A stretch of 64,000 nucleotides of DNA from the NCBI GenBank assembly GCA_963817385.1, contig CAWFOM010000031.1:32001-96000 (forward strand). Direction: 5' to 3'. The stretch comes from an uncultured delta proteobacterium (lineage in GTDB: Bacteria > Desulfobacterota > Syntrophia > Syntrophales > UBA5619). The number at the start of each line of letters is the position of its first letter. Position 1 is the first letter of the stretch. Below are positions 38,201 through 47,902 of this stretch, piece after piece. The notes under the pieces are model-generated. The model saw nothing but the letters and a program-made list of their open reading frames with translations, had not been told where the DNA came from and made no database searches. The position numbers and the translations under genes were made by a program.

Positions 38201-38733
38201 CTCACCTATAGTAGGCAAGTAAAGGTAATTATAATATAATTAATTGCCGAGTATCTATTTTAGAAGGGTTTTAAATACACATGACGAAGGCATTTCTCTA
38301 CATAAAAAAATGATAATAGATGAAGAACCAATAGGGAATTAAGACGGGCTGAATGGCTGGGTTATCATGTACCTCTTTTGTTCTGATACAGCGAAAATAA
38401 AGCCGCATCGGGAAGGCGCATAAAAAGCGTATAGAAAAATTCCGACTCAGATTTCATACCAAATCGAAGATTTACATTCGAAATGATGCATGGATTATCG
38501 CGAATAGAAAAACAACATTTCAGGAAGATAGACAGCTTTTGCAAGTACGTAAAAACCGGATGAACGAAAATAAATCTGTCCCGTTTTTCTCCCAAGCAGT
38601 AAACAGGCTCCCCCCCGGGCTTATCCTGGAGGCCTACCATCATCTATCGCATAGCGCCGCGGCGCTATCTTGACCCTTCGGCCTATAATCGCGCGTTCTT
38701 GGCGCACTGTCCCAGGAATTGCTCCCTGAAGTC

Positions 38734-39198
38734 TCACGACGAAGTAGCGTAATCGTCAATTATCAAGCAGTCAATCCCCTCGATTTTTTGAAATACCCTG
38801 TCATTACATATGAATCCGGTGGCTCCGTGCGAAATAGCCGATGCTGCCTGGATGGCGTCGGGGGTTTTGAGACGATAGTCTGCGCGCAGTTTCGCTGCCA
38901 GATCTGCAACGTTCAACGTCATAGGGATCCATGTGAGGTGAGGGTACGTGGTTAGTAAAGCGTAAAACGTGAGCACGAGGTCGTCCTTCTTAAGCCGGTA
39001 AGGTTGTACGAGAATTTCAAGCAAGGTGAGCGCGGACATCGACGCCTTGATACGCCCGTGTTCGAGGTTTTCGAATATCGATTCGCAGCACGAAAGGTAA
39101 CGGGGATGACGTTCGACAAAATAGATGAAGATACTCGTATCAAGAGAAACGGAGCGGTGCTTTTCTAAAAATACTTTGAGCGACGCCGGCGCTACCAA
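38734..39198 (-). CDS. vapC: PIN-domain toxin (VapC family)
   Basis: LDTSIFIY, TLLE, LKTPDAIQAASA, ICND acidic active-site pattern. Confidence 0.88.
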   Translation of the reverse strand: MVAPASLKVFLEKHRSVSLDTSIFIYFVERHPRYLSCCESIFENLEHGRIKASMSALTLLEILVQPYRLKKDDLVLTFYALLTTYPHLTWIPMTLNVADLAAKLRADYRLKTPDAIQAASAISHGATGFICNDRVFQKIEGIDCLIIDDYATSS

Positions 39199-39410
39199 GA
39201 TTTTCGTTCCTTTTTAAGATAGGTCTTGCCATAGATGACTTTGCCGGCACCGGAGATGGCTGAACGATAACTCTCAGGTTTCGGCATAATCACAGTAACC
39301 CCGTTCTTAACCACGACGAGGAGTTCGTCCCGTCCTTTGAGCTTCATTGCATCTCTGGCTTCCTTGGGAAGAACAATCTGATTTTTTGAACTGAGTCTTA
39401 CTGTCTGCAT
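39192..39410 (-). CDS. vapB: AbrB/MazE-fold antitoxin (VapB)
   Basis: VRLSSKNQIVLPKEAR..MKLKGRDEL; overlaps vapC. Confidence 0.88.
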   Translation of the reverse strand: MQTVRLSSKNQIVLPKEARDAMKLKGRDELLVVVKNGVTVIMPKPESYRSAISGAGKVIYGKTYLKKERKSW

Positions 39411-39433
39411 GAAATCACCTCCATTGGTATGGT

Positions 39434-39465
39434 TTTACTTTACAAGAAAAAGTAAAGCGGGTCAA
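39434..39465 (-). promoter_or_regulatory. vapBC promoter with overlapping operator palindrome
   Basis: TTGACC-N17-TAAAGT on the minus strand; inverted repeat TTTACTTT-N7-AAAGTAAA. Confidence 0.6.
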
Positions 39466-39678
39466 GAAGAACACGAGAATCCTCCGGATGCTGTTTTTAC
39501 AGCCTGTCGCAGCATAAAAAAACGATGGCATTCTCTGCCGCTTCATGGCAAAATCCGCACGTCTCCCTTAACCGGTCTTTTGAACGGAGGGCGAGCGGCT
39601 CAGGACGCCTGTAAGTGCGGCGATTGAGGCTCTCCTGACGCGGGGAGACGCTATTTTTTGTGGACAGAGGACAGGAGG

Positions 39679-42306
39679 ATGCAATCCAGAATCGTCACCA
39701 GCGGCCTGGCGCCGCTGGACCAGGTGCTCCAGGGACTCCGGCTGGGCGACAACGTCGTCTGGCAAGTGGACCGTCTGGAGGACTACATCCACTTCGCCGA
39801 ACCTTTCGCCCGGCAGGCGGTCCGGGACGGGCGGCGGACGATCTACTTTCGTTTCGCCCCTCATCCGCCCATCCTGCCTGAGATCGAGGGGGTCGAAACG
39901 ATCACGGTGAGTCCCCATGCCGGCTTCGACGCCTTCAGCGGCAACCTCAACCATATCATCGAAGCGGAGGGCCGGGAGGTCTTCTATGTCTTCGACAGCC
40001 TCTCGGCGCTCGTCGTCGAGTGGGCGACCGACGAACTCCTCGCGAACTTCTTCCAGGTGACCTGCCCCTTCCTCTTCGAGCTCGACACCGTGGCCTACTT
40101 CGCGCTCACCCGCGGCCGGCACAGCCACAGCGCCGTCGCCCGGATCCGGGACACGACACAGCTCCTCCTGGACGTCTATCAGGTCGAGGGGCGGATGTAC
40201 CTCCACCCCCTCAAGGTCTGGGACCGCTACTCCCCCCAGATGTTCCTTCCCCACGTGATGACGGATTCCGTCTGGACGCCGGTCTTCGGGAGCGGGGAAG
40301 CAGCCGCCCTTTCGGTATCGGCGAGCCGGAAGCCGCTCCAGGTGAAGTCGAAATCGATCGCCCCCTGGGAGAGCGTCTACCGGCGCCTCATGCAGTACCA
40401 CGAAGCGGGGATGGACCTCGACGAGAAGACGCCGGAGGTCGCCGCCCTCAAGCAGGAGCTCTCCCGGATGATGATCGGCACCCATCCGGAGTTCAGCCGC
40501 CTGGTGGATACCTACATCACGCTCGACGATCTCTTCGCCATCCGGGACCGCCTGATCGGTTCGGGACGGATCGGCGGCAAGGCGGCGGGAATGCTTCTCG
40601 CCCGGCGGATCCTCGTTGCCGAGCCGGGGGAGATCGACTTTGCGGAGGTCCTCGAGGCCCACGACTCCTTCTACATCGGCTCGGATGTCTTTTTCACCTT
40701 CCTGGTGAACAACGACCTCTTCCGCCTGCGCCTCCAGCTCTCCCGCGCGACGCGCATCTCCCACGAGGAATTCGCGGAGGTGGAGAAGCGCTTTCTCGCC
40801 GGGCGGTTTCCGCCGGAGATCCTGGAGCAGTTCAGGGACATGCTCGCCTACTTCGGCCAGGCGCCGATCATCGCCCGCTCCAGCAGCCTCCTGGAGGACA
40901 GCTTCGGGAACGCCTTTGCCGGGAAATATCACAGCGAATACTGCGCCAACCAGGGGCCGCCGGAGGAGCGGCTGGAGGCGTTTCTCAACGCCGTGAAGCT
41001 CGTCTACGCGAGCGCGCTCAATCCCGACGCCCTCACCTACCGCCGCGCCCGGGGGCTGGGCGAAAGCGACGAGCAGATGGCGATCCTCGTTCAGCGCGTC
41101 TCCGGGATGCCCTACAAACAGTTCTTTTTCCCCAGCCTGGCAGGCGTCGCCTTCTCCCGGAACCTCTACGCCTGGACGAACCGGATCGACCCCAGCCGGG
41201 GGATGATCCGCCTTGTATTCGGCCTGGGGACGCGGGCGGTGAACCGGGTCGGAAACGACTACCCCCGGATGATCGCCGTCAGTCATCCCCAGCTCCGCCC
41301 CGAGTCCGGCGCCCGGATCGCCAAGTACTCCCAGACGGAAGTGGACGTCATCGATCTCGAGAAAAACGAGTTTCGGACCCTGCCCTTGGAGGAGCTCCTC
41401 GCCGACCGCGACTACCCGAACCTCCACCTCCTGGTCTCCCTGATGAAAGACGGCTTCCCGACGGACCCCTGGACGAGCCGCCTCGAGGCGACGACGGAGG
41501 CGATGATCCTGACGGTCAACAACCTCATTGCCGGGACCCCGTTCGTCCGTATCGTCGGCGATATGCTGGCCCGCTTGGAGAAGGCCTACGGCCAGCCGCT
41601 CGACACGGAGTTCACCGCCGCGGTGGACTCCGAAGGGCGGGTCCGGATCAATCTTCTCCAGTGCCGGCCGATGCGGCTCCCCGGGGCGACGGGCCCAATC
41701 CAGCTTCCCGAGGATGTCCCGCCGGAGCGGCTCCTCTTCCGGTCGACCAGGACGATCAGCGGCGGCGTAACGGCGCCGATACGCTATATCCTCTACATCG
41801 ATCCGGAGCGGTACGGTATGATCGAGTCGCCGGAGGTGAAAAAGTCCCTCGGCCGCGTCGTCGGGCGGATCAACGAGCACCCCGCCGTGGTTGCGGGCCG
41901 GATCATGATGCTGGGGCCGGGGCGGTGGGGGAGCAGCAATATCGAACTCGGCGTGAATGTGAGCTACGCCGACATCAACAATACGGCGGTCCTCGTGGAA
42001 ATGGCGCGGGAGGAGGCGGGACAGGTCCCGGAGGTCTCTTACGGGACCCACTTTTTCCTCGATCTCGTCGAAGCGCAGATCATCTACCTGCCGGTCTATC
42101 CGAGCGACCCGGAGGCGGAATTCAACCGGGATCTCTTCGAGCAACTGCCGAACGTTCTGACCGATCTCCTGCCCGATGCGGGGCGGTTTCGGGAGATCGT
42201 CCGCGTCTTCGACATCCCGGCGGCGACGGGCGGGTGCTTCGCGCGGGTCGTCGCAGATCCGCAGAGCCAGCGGGCGGTCTGTTATCTTGACAAGGAGGGG
42301 AAATGA
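39679..42306 (+). CDS. PEP-synthase/PPDK nucleotide-binding-domain protein with a degenerate KaiC/RecA-like N-terminus
   Basis: TSGLAPLDQVL.GL..GDNV; IGGKAAG; RSSSLLEDSFGNAFAGKY; C-terminal GPGRWGSS and SYGTHFF. Confidence 0.85.
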   Translation: MQSRIVTSGLAPLDQVLQGLRLGDNVVWQVDRLEDYIHFAEPFARQAVRDGRRTIYFRFAPHPPILPEIEGVETITVSPHAGFDAFSGNLNHIIEAEGREVFYVFDSLSALVVEWATDELLANFFQVTCPFLFELDTVAYFALTRGRHSHSAVARIRDTTQLLLDVYQVEGRMYLHPLKVWDRYSPQMFLPHVMTDSVWTPVFGSGEAAALSVSASRKPLQVKSKSIAPWESVYRRLMQYHEAGMDLDEKTPEVAALKQELSRMMIGTHPEFSRLVDTYITLDDLFAIRDRLIGSGRIGGKAAGMLLARRILVAEPGEIDFAEVLEAHDSFYIGSDVFFTFLVNNDLFRLRLQLSRATRISHEEFAEVEKRFLAGRFPPEILEQFRDMLAYFGQAPIIARSSSLLEDSFGNAFAGKYHSEYCANQGPPEERLEAFLNAVKLVYASALNPDALTYRRARGLGESDEQMAILVQRVSGMPYKQFFFPSLAGVAFSRNLYAWTNRIDPSRGMIRLVFGLGTRAVNRVGNDYPRMIAVSHPQLRPESGARIAKYSQTEVDVIDLEKNEFRTLPLEELLADRDYPNLHLLVSLMKDGFPTDPWTSRLEATTEAMILTVNNLIAGTPFVRIVGDMLARLEKAYGQPLDTEFTAAVDSEGRVRINLLQCRPMRLPGATGPIQLPEDVPPERLLFRSTRTISGGVTAPIRYILYIDPERYGMIESPEVKKSLGRVVGRINEHPAVVAGRIMMLGPGRWGSSNIELGVNVSYADINNTAVLVEMAREEAGQVPEVSYGTHFFLDLVEAQIIYLPVYPSDPEAEFNRDLFEQLPNVLTDLLPDAGRFREIVRVFDIPAATGGCFARVVADPQSQRAVCYLDKEGK

Positions 42307-43127
42307 TCGATTTTTTTAAGATGAGCGGGAGCGGCAACGACTTCATCCTGATCGACAACCGGGACGGGTCGCTGGCCGTAGGGGATTGCGTCGCCTTTGC
42401 GAAGAGCGTCTGCCGGCGGAAGGTCTCCGTGGGGGCAGACGGCCTCTTTATCATCGAGAAGTCCGAGAAGGTCGATTTCCGGTGGCGGTTTTTCAACGCC
42501 GACGGCTCGGAGGCGGCGATGTGCGGAAACGGCGCCCGGTGTGCCGCCCGTTTCGCCTATCTTACGGGAATCGCCGGGGCGCGGATGTCCTTCGAAACCG
42601 GCGCCGGGATCATCGACGCCGAGGTGCAAGGCGACATCGTGAAGGTGCGCCTGACCGATCCGTATGCACTTGCCCTGGACGAGCAGATCCGGATCGGCAA
42701 CCAGATCCTCTCCGTCCACAGCATTAATACCGGCGTTCCCCATGCCGTCCATTTCCTGCACGACCTGGAGGGATTCAATGTGTTCACCACCGGCCGGGCG
42801 ATCCGCAACCATGACCATTACCGGCCGGCCGGGACGAACGCCAATTTCGTCGCCGTCGTGGACGACCATACGCTCCGCGTCCGGACGTACGAGCGCGGCG
42901 TGGAGGACGAGACCCTGGCCTGCGGGACCGGCTCCGTCGCCGCGGCCCTGATCGCCGCCCGGAAGGGGCTGGCGGCGTCCCCGGTGGACGTCCGGGTACA
43001 GAGCGGGGAACTCCTCCGGATCTATTTTGAAACAACGGCAGACGGCTTTACGAAAGTTTATCTTGAAGGAAAGGTGAAAGTAGTCTATCAAGGCAAACTT
43101 TGGGACGAAGCTTGGAAGAGTATGTGA
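42303..43127 (+). CDS. dapF: Diaminopimelate epimerase
   Basis: FFKMSGSGNDF, GADG, NADGS.A.MCGNGARC, TGVPH, ERGVEDETLACGTG. Confidence 0.96.
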   Translation: MIDFFKMSGSGNDFILIDNRDGSLAVGDCVAFAKSVCRRKVSVGADGLFIIEKSEKVDFRWRFFNADGSEAAMCGNGARCAARFAYLTGIAGARMSFETGAGIIDAEVQGDIVKVRLTDPYALALDEQIRIGNQILSVHSINTGVPHAVHFLHDLEGFNVFTTGRAIRNHDHYRPAGTNANFVAVVDDHTLRVRTYERGVEDETLACGTGSVAAALIAARKGLAASPVDVRVQSGELLRIYFETTADGFTKVYLEGKVKVVYQGKLWDEAWKSM

Positions 43128-43175
43128 TCGCGCTTCCGGGAGTTGATTGTCAGGTTGTGAAAGGAGAGTTACGAG

Positions 43176-44342
43176 ATGCAGATTGCCGAGCGTTTGACGA
43201 AGATACCCCCCTACCTGTTCATGGAGCTGCGGAAGAAGATCGCCAAGGCCAAGGCCGACGGCGTCGACGTGATCAGCCTCGCGATCGGCGACCCGGTGGA
43301 ACCGACGCCCGATTCGATCATCGACGAGCTCTGCCGGACGGCACGTGACCCGGAGAACCACCGCTATCCGACGGACGAGGAGAAGGGGATGCTCGCCTTC
43401 CGCCAGGAGGTGGCCCGCTGGTACGAAACCCGTTACGGGGTGCGGCTCGATCCCGCGACGGAGATCCTGGGTCTCATCGGCTCCAAGGAAGGGTGCCACC
43501 ACTTCGTCATGGCCCGAATCAACCCCGGCGACGTAGTCCTGATGACCGACCCCGGCTACCCCGCCTACCGGGCGAGCATCCTGATGGGGGGCGGGATCCC
43601 GTACAACGTCCCGATCCGCCCGGAGAACGCCTACCTTCCGGTATTCGAGGAGATCCCCGCGGAGATCGTCAAGAAGGCGCGGGGGATGTTCCTCAACTAT
43701 CCGAACAATCCGACCGGCGCCTGTGCGACGCCCGAGTTCTTCGACCGCCTGGTTGCCTTCGCGCGTAGGAACGATATCGCCATCTGCTACGACAACCCCT
43801 ACAGCGAGGTGGTCTTCGGGGACCAGAAGCGGCTCAGCTTTCTTTCGGCCGCGGGCGCAAAGGAGGTGGGGGTGGAGCTCAACTCCCTTTCGAAGCCCTA
43901 CAACATGACCGGTTGGCGGATCGGCATGGCCGTCGGAAACCCCGATCTCATCGCCGCGATCAGCAAGGTGAAGGAGAACACCGATTCCGGGATCTTCAAC
44001 GCCGTCCAGTTCGCGGGGATCCAGGCGCTCAAAAACGAAACCCAAAACATCGAGAAGATGATAGCGATCTACTCGCGGCGGCGGGAACGGGTCCTTACGA
44101 CCCTGGCGCGGATCGGGATCGCCTTCAATCCGCCGAAGGGGACCTTCTACCTCTGGGTCCCGACGCCCAAGGGGATGGGATCGCTCGAGTTCACGAACAA
44201 ACTCTTCGAAAAGGCGGCGGTGGTCGTGGCGGCGGGGACCGCCTACGGCCAGTACGGCGAGGGGTTCATCCGGATCTCGCTCACCGTTCCGGACGCCCGC
44301 CTCGAGGAGGCGATGGTGCGGATCGAGAAGGCCTTCGCCTGA
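43176..44342 (+). CDS. dapL: LL-diaminopimelate aminotransferase (class I PLP enzyme)
   Basis: IPPYLF, GSKEG, NYPNNPTGA, SLSKPYNMTGWRIG; adjacent to dapF. Confidence 0.88.
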   Translation: MQIAERLTKIPPYLFMELRKKIAKAKADGVDVISLAIGDPVEPTPDSIIDELCRTARDPENHRYPTDEEKGMLAFRQEVARWYETRYGVRLDPATEILGLIGSKEGCHHFVMARINPGDVVLMTDPGYPAYRASILMGGGIPYNVPIRPENAYLPVFEEIPAEIVKKARGMFLNYPNNPTGACATPEFFDRLVAFARRNDIAICYDNPYSEVVFGDQKRLSFLSAAGAKEVGVELNSLSKPYNMTGWRIGMAVGNPDLIAAISKVKENTDSGIFNAVQFAGIQALKNETQNIEKMIAIYSRRRERVLTTLARIGIAFNPPKGTFYLWVPTPKGMGSLEFTNKLFEKAAVVVAAGTAYGQYGEGFIRISLTVPDARLEEAMVRIEKAFA

Positions 44343-44347
44343 GAGGA

Positions 44348-44524
44348 GAAGAATCAGTTCCCTTCGCGCTCAAGACATTTTTCCGACCCTGCACCTCCTC
44401 GCTGCGCTGCCGGGAAAAAACTCGCGCCTAAAGGCGCTCAGACAGTTTTCCCGGCGGGCGCTCCGCTGCGAGGGCAGGGTGCCCCGAAAAAATCTCTAAT
44501 CGCGCTCCCGGGAATTGATTCTTC
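44348..44524. repeat. Rod-like hairpin repeat element, copy 2
   Basis: Homologous to 4268-4447; has its own closing stem GAAGAATCAGTTCCC/GGGAATTGATTCTTC. Confidence 0.85.
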
Positions 44525-44547
44525 GGTTGTAAAAAAGGTGGTAAGAG

Positions 44548-45579
44548 ATGGAAATCGGAATCCTGGGGCTTCCCCAGAGCGGCAAGAGCACCCTCTTCGA
44601 GATCATGACCGGCGTCCGGAGCCGGGAGATGCACGGGGAGACCTGCGTCCGGGGGCTGGCCACCGTGCCGGATGCCCGTTTCGATAAGCTGGTCGAGATC
44701 TTCAAGCCGGTGAAGGCCTCGCCCGCGAAGGTCCCCTTCAGCGACGTCAATGCCGTGGGGGAGAAGGCTTGGGACGCCGTCCGCCAGAGCCTCTCCGGCG
44801 CCGAGGGGCTCCTCCATGTCGTCGACGCCTTTACCGCCCCCGGCGTCCTCGAGATCCTGAACAACTACCGGAAACTGGAAGACGAGCTGATCCTGGCCGA
44901 TCTGATGATCGTCGAGAACCGCCTGGAGCGTCTGGCAAAGATGGCGAAGAAGCCCATGACCCCCCAGGATGCCCTCCACGCCCGCGTCCTGCCCAATCTG
45001 ACGGATCAACTTGAAGCGGGCAAGCCGCTCCGGGAGCTTCCCCTGACCGAAGAGGAGCGCCATGGCCTGAGGAGTTTCTCCTTCTGGACGATCCGGCCGG
45101 AGATGGTTGTCGTTAACACCCCCGAGGAGAATCCGGCCATCGCCGACGCGTTCAACCGTGAGGCAGGGCTCACTGTCCCCGCGATCGGGATCTGCTGCGC
45201 CATCGAGGCGGAACTGATGGCCCTCCCGCCGGAGGAGCGGAAGGAGTTCCTGGAATCGCTGGGCATCGCGGAGGCCGCCTTCGGACGGGTCATCCGCGGG
45301 GCCTTTTCCCTGCTCAACCGGACGGCTTACTTCACCGTCGGCGAGGACGAGGTCAAGGCCTGGATCATCCCCGTGGGAACCAAGGCCCCGCGGGCGGCCG
45401 GGGTTATCCACAACGACTTCGAGCGGGGCTTCATCAAGGCCGAGGTGATCGGCTTCGACGAGTTCATCGCCTGCGGCGGCAGCTATGCCGGCGCCAAGGC
45501 GGCGGGAAAGCTCCGGCTCGAAGGCAAGGAGTATATCGTCAAGGACGGCGATATCATCAACTTCCGCTTCAACGTCTGA
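44548..45579 (+). CDS. ychF: YchF-like (Obg family) NTPase with a DUF933/TGS C-terminus, divergent
   Basis: GLPQSGKST, VPDAR, FTVGEDEVKAW, APRAAGVIHNDFERGFIKAEV, RLEGKEYIV.DGD. Confidence 0.85.
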   Translation: MEIGILGLPQSGKSTLFEIMTGVRSREMHGETCVRGLATVPDARFDKLVEIFKPVKASPAKVPFSDVNAVGEKAWDAVRQSLSGAEGLLHVVDAFTAPGVLEILNNYRKLEDELILADLMIVENRLERLAKMAKKPMTPQDALHARVLPNLTDQLEAGKPLRELPLTEEERHGLRSFSFWTIRPEMVVVNTPEENPAIADAFNREAGLTVPAIGICCAIEAELMALPPEERKEFLESLGIAEAAFGRVIRGAFSLLNRTAYFTVGEDEVKAWIIPVGTKAPRAAGVIHNDFERGFIKAEVIGFDEFIACGGSYAGAKAAGKLRLEGKEYIVKDGDIINFRFNV

Positions 45580-45623
45580 GCAAACCTTCCAGATTGAATA
45601 AACCACTGCGTGAAATTCCGGTT

Positions 45624-45650
45624 TAAGTTCAGTCGATCTTGCTCCGATAC
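45624..45650 (+). promoter_or_regulatory. Sigma-28 (FliA)-like promoter
   Basis: TAAG-N15-TCCGATAC compared with consensus TAAA-N15-GCCGATAA. Confidence 0.45.
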
Positions 45651-45701
45651 CATACATAAGCCCATCGGGGCCGGTACGATATTCTATTTAAGGAGAGTTT
45701 T

Positions 45702-46624
45702 ATGCAGACTCAGGGGCTCAGCCAGTTCGATCCGAACCGCTTCTTCCAGTTGCCCGCAACTGATCCCCAGGCGGGCCGTACGGTCAACGCGCAAGTCGCT
45801 GCGATCCAAGCGTCGACCGACTTCTCCGGAACGTTTAGCGTGGTGACGGCGGAAGGCGACAAGGTGACGTTAAGCGTAGACGGTGAAGAAGATTTTCGCT
45901 ACATGAATTACGGATACAAGGCTCGGAGCGACGACCAACGTCTTGAAGTCAAGATCGAGTCCACTGAATACTCGCTCAGCCAGACGCTTGGTCTGACAGT
46001 GGAAGGGGATCTGAATGAACAAGAAGTCGCCGACCTGACCAAGTTGTTTAGGAAAGTGAAGAAGATCATCCGCAACTTTTTCCGGGGCCAGGATGAACAG
46101 GCTGTCGCAAAGACGGCCAAGCTTGCGGATCAATTTGGTAGCTTCTCGACATTGGCCGGATTAGACCTGAGCATGGATGTCACACGGTCCGTGACCGCGC
46201 TGGCGGCACAACTGGCGACGCAGCAAATGGCTGAGCCTGTAATGCTGCCTTCCGCACCGTGGAAGGGACTGTGGACTCTCCCACGCCTCAGCAGACTACC
46301 ACGGGTGACGAACCCCCGACGGTAGCGATGATCCCGCCGGCGTCGGCCGGCGCCGAGTCGCTCATTGAGCAGATCTTGAAAGCGGCGGATGACAGTCGAA
46401 TTGACGACGCGAAACTGCAGAAGTACTTGCCTCGGTTGCTGCGGAAGGCGGTGGCTCATGCCGGCGATCATGAGGCAGTTCAGAAAAATCCGGATCTGAT
46501 CCAGGAGCTTCTCGAGGCGATTCAGAAGAAAACAGACGAACAGGTCCCTTCTTCCCAGGAGGCTCTTTTTGTCTATTACGCCTCTTCGCAACGGACATCC
46601 GTTTCGCTGTCGGTCAGTGCATAG
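45702..46624 (+). pseudogene. Hypothetical protein split by a frameshift (ORFs 45702-46325 and 46259-46624)
   Basis: RBS AAGGAG; TAEGDKVTLS and VEGDLNEQE motifs; protein-like sequence continues in the second frame after about 46255. Confidence 0.65.
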
Positions 46625-46633
46625 TGAAGCTTC

Positions 46634-46948
46634 CCACCCACAGGGTCGGAGCTGGTACCTGCATGCGGCGCCATGGTCGCCGTGATCGAGAAAGTGAAAG
46701 AAGTCACCACTTATTTCGTCGGCAAGCCCCAACCCACTGATGATGCGCATGGTCCTCAACTACCTGGGAGTACACTCCGAGAACGCGGTCATGGTGGGAG
46801 ACAGGATGGAAACCGATATCGTCGCCGGCTTTGAAAGCGGGATGAAGACCATCCTGGTGCTCACCGGGGTCACCCGGCGGGAAGATGTGGTTCGTTTCCC
46901 TACCGACCAACAAATATTCTGAAATCCGATGAGCAGATCGAGCCGTAA
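46634..46948 (+). pseudogene. C-terminal remnant of a HAD-IIA (NagD-like) hydrolase
   Basis: [51 protein letters not shown]; no 5' half; two frameshifts. Confidence 0.85.
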
Positions 46949-47026
46949 GGACCTCTTTTTTAGTATCCTTTATAACGACTCGTCCTCATCAGAGTTTCCG
47001 ATGGCAAGCACGAGGACGATCAATAA

Positions 47027-47062
47027 CAAGAAAGGCAGGGTCAATTGACCCTGCCTTTCTTG
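47027..47062. terminator. Perfect 36-bp palindrome, likely terminator of the PEP-CTERM gene
   Basis: CAAGAAAGGCAGGGTCAA/TTGACCCTGCCTTTCTTG. Confidence 0.75.
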
Positions 47063-47086
47063 GAGAAAGATATTTCAAAATGGTGC

Positions 47087-47854
47087 TTAGTTAATGAACT
47101 TTCTCCTGATACCTGCGATACCAACCAGCCCAAGGCCAAGAAGTAGCATAGTGGCCGGTTCGGGAACTTGTGTTCCAAATACCTGGACGTTAGCATCGGA
47201 GTTCTTATCCCAGCCAGCTACCCACCCTGAAGTTCCTCCACCAGTGCCCGAATACCAAGAATCTACTCCAACGGCTGATCCGTTTTTCATATGTAAAAAC
47301 TGGAACAAATCGTCCGCTCCCTCCTGTTTAGAACCGCTGAGAGCCGCATTAGAGGCATGGAGGAATGGACCTACATAGGTTGACGAAGTAGGGCTATAAA
47401 GAGCCCATGGTCCATCCAAAAAGAAATAGTATTTACCAGATGTTACATCTTCGTTTATTGTGAAGTCGAGCTGGTAGATTTGTCTAAATGCACCGGAATT
47501 TCCCTGATAACCTGACAAATTAAAATATGTAACTGGAGTTGATAAATAGGATGAAAATCTACCTGCATTACCAAGGTCTGACCCAGCCAACAGAGAGAGG
47601 CCTGTAGGATCGCTGGTCGTCCATAGACGAACTGTGTCGATGTGGTAAGTACCAGAATTTGTAAATACCACATCGTCTCCAGCCAGCCAGTACTCAGAAG
47701 TTGCGTCTGGGTTATAGGGTTCTGAATCAGCCCATAGTACATTGCTGCGACTCGCACCTGCAGTATTGTTTAAATTTGCAGTGGGTAAACCCCGGTCGAA
47801 CAAAAGAGTCGCCGATGCCATACCGCTACCGCCTATAACCAGTCCTAAAACCAT
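47087..47854 (-). CDS. PEP-CTERM sorting domain protein, probably 5'-truncated
   Basis: C-terminus VPEPATMLLLGLGLVGIAGIRRK; the signal peptide lacks a basic n-region and an RBS; AT-richer. Confidence 0.85.
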   Translation of the reverse strand: MVLGLVIGGSGMASATLLFDRGLPTANLNNTAGASRSNVLWADSEPYNPDATSEYWLAGDDVVFTNSGTYHIDTVRLWTTSDPTGLSLLAGSDLGNAGRFSSYLSTPVTYFNLSGYQGNSGAFRQIYQLDFTINEDVTSGKYYFFLDGPWALYSPTSSTYVGPFLHASNAALSGSKQEGADDLFQFLHMKNGSAVGVDSWYSGTGGGTSGWVAGWDKNSDANVQVFGTQVPEPATMLLLGLGLVGIAGIRRKFIN

Positions 47855-47902
47855 TGGCGTACCCGGCTATCTTCAGAGCTCGTTTCATCCCGATCCTCCC
47901 GA

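Noticed and set aside
38670..38689. TTGACC...TATAAT as a sigma-70 promoter
   Set aside because: Spacer is only 8 bp
39585..39660. Possible lysine riboswitch upstream of the dap-containing operon
   Set aside because: Only a weak hairpin plus T-run within about 70 nt; too short and lacking the conserved lysine riboswitch core
39568..42290. 858-aa antisense ORF and 756-aa alternate-frame ORF over the PEP-synthase-like gene
   Set aside because: Shadow ORFs from high GC3 codon bias; no motifs, and they mirror a well-supported gene
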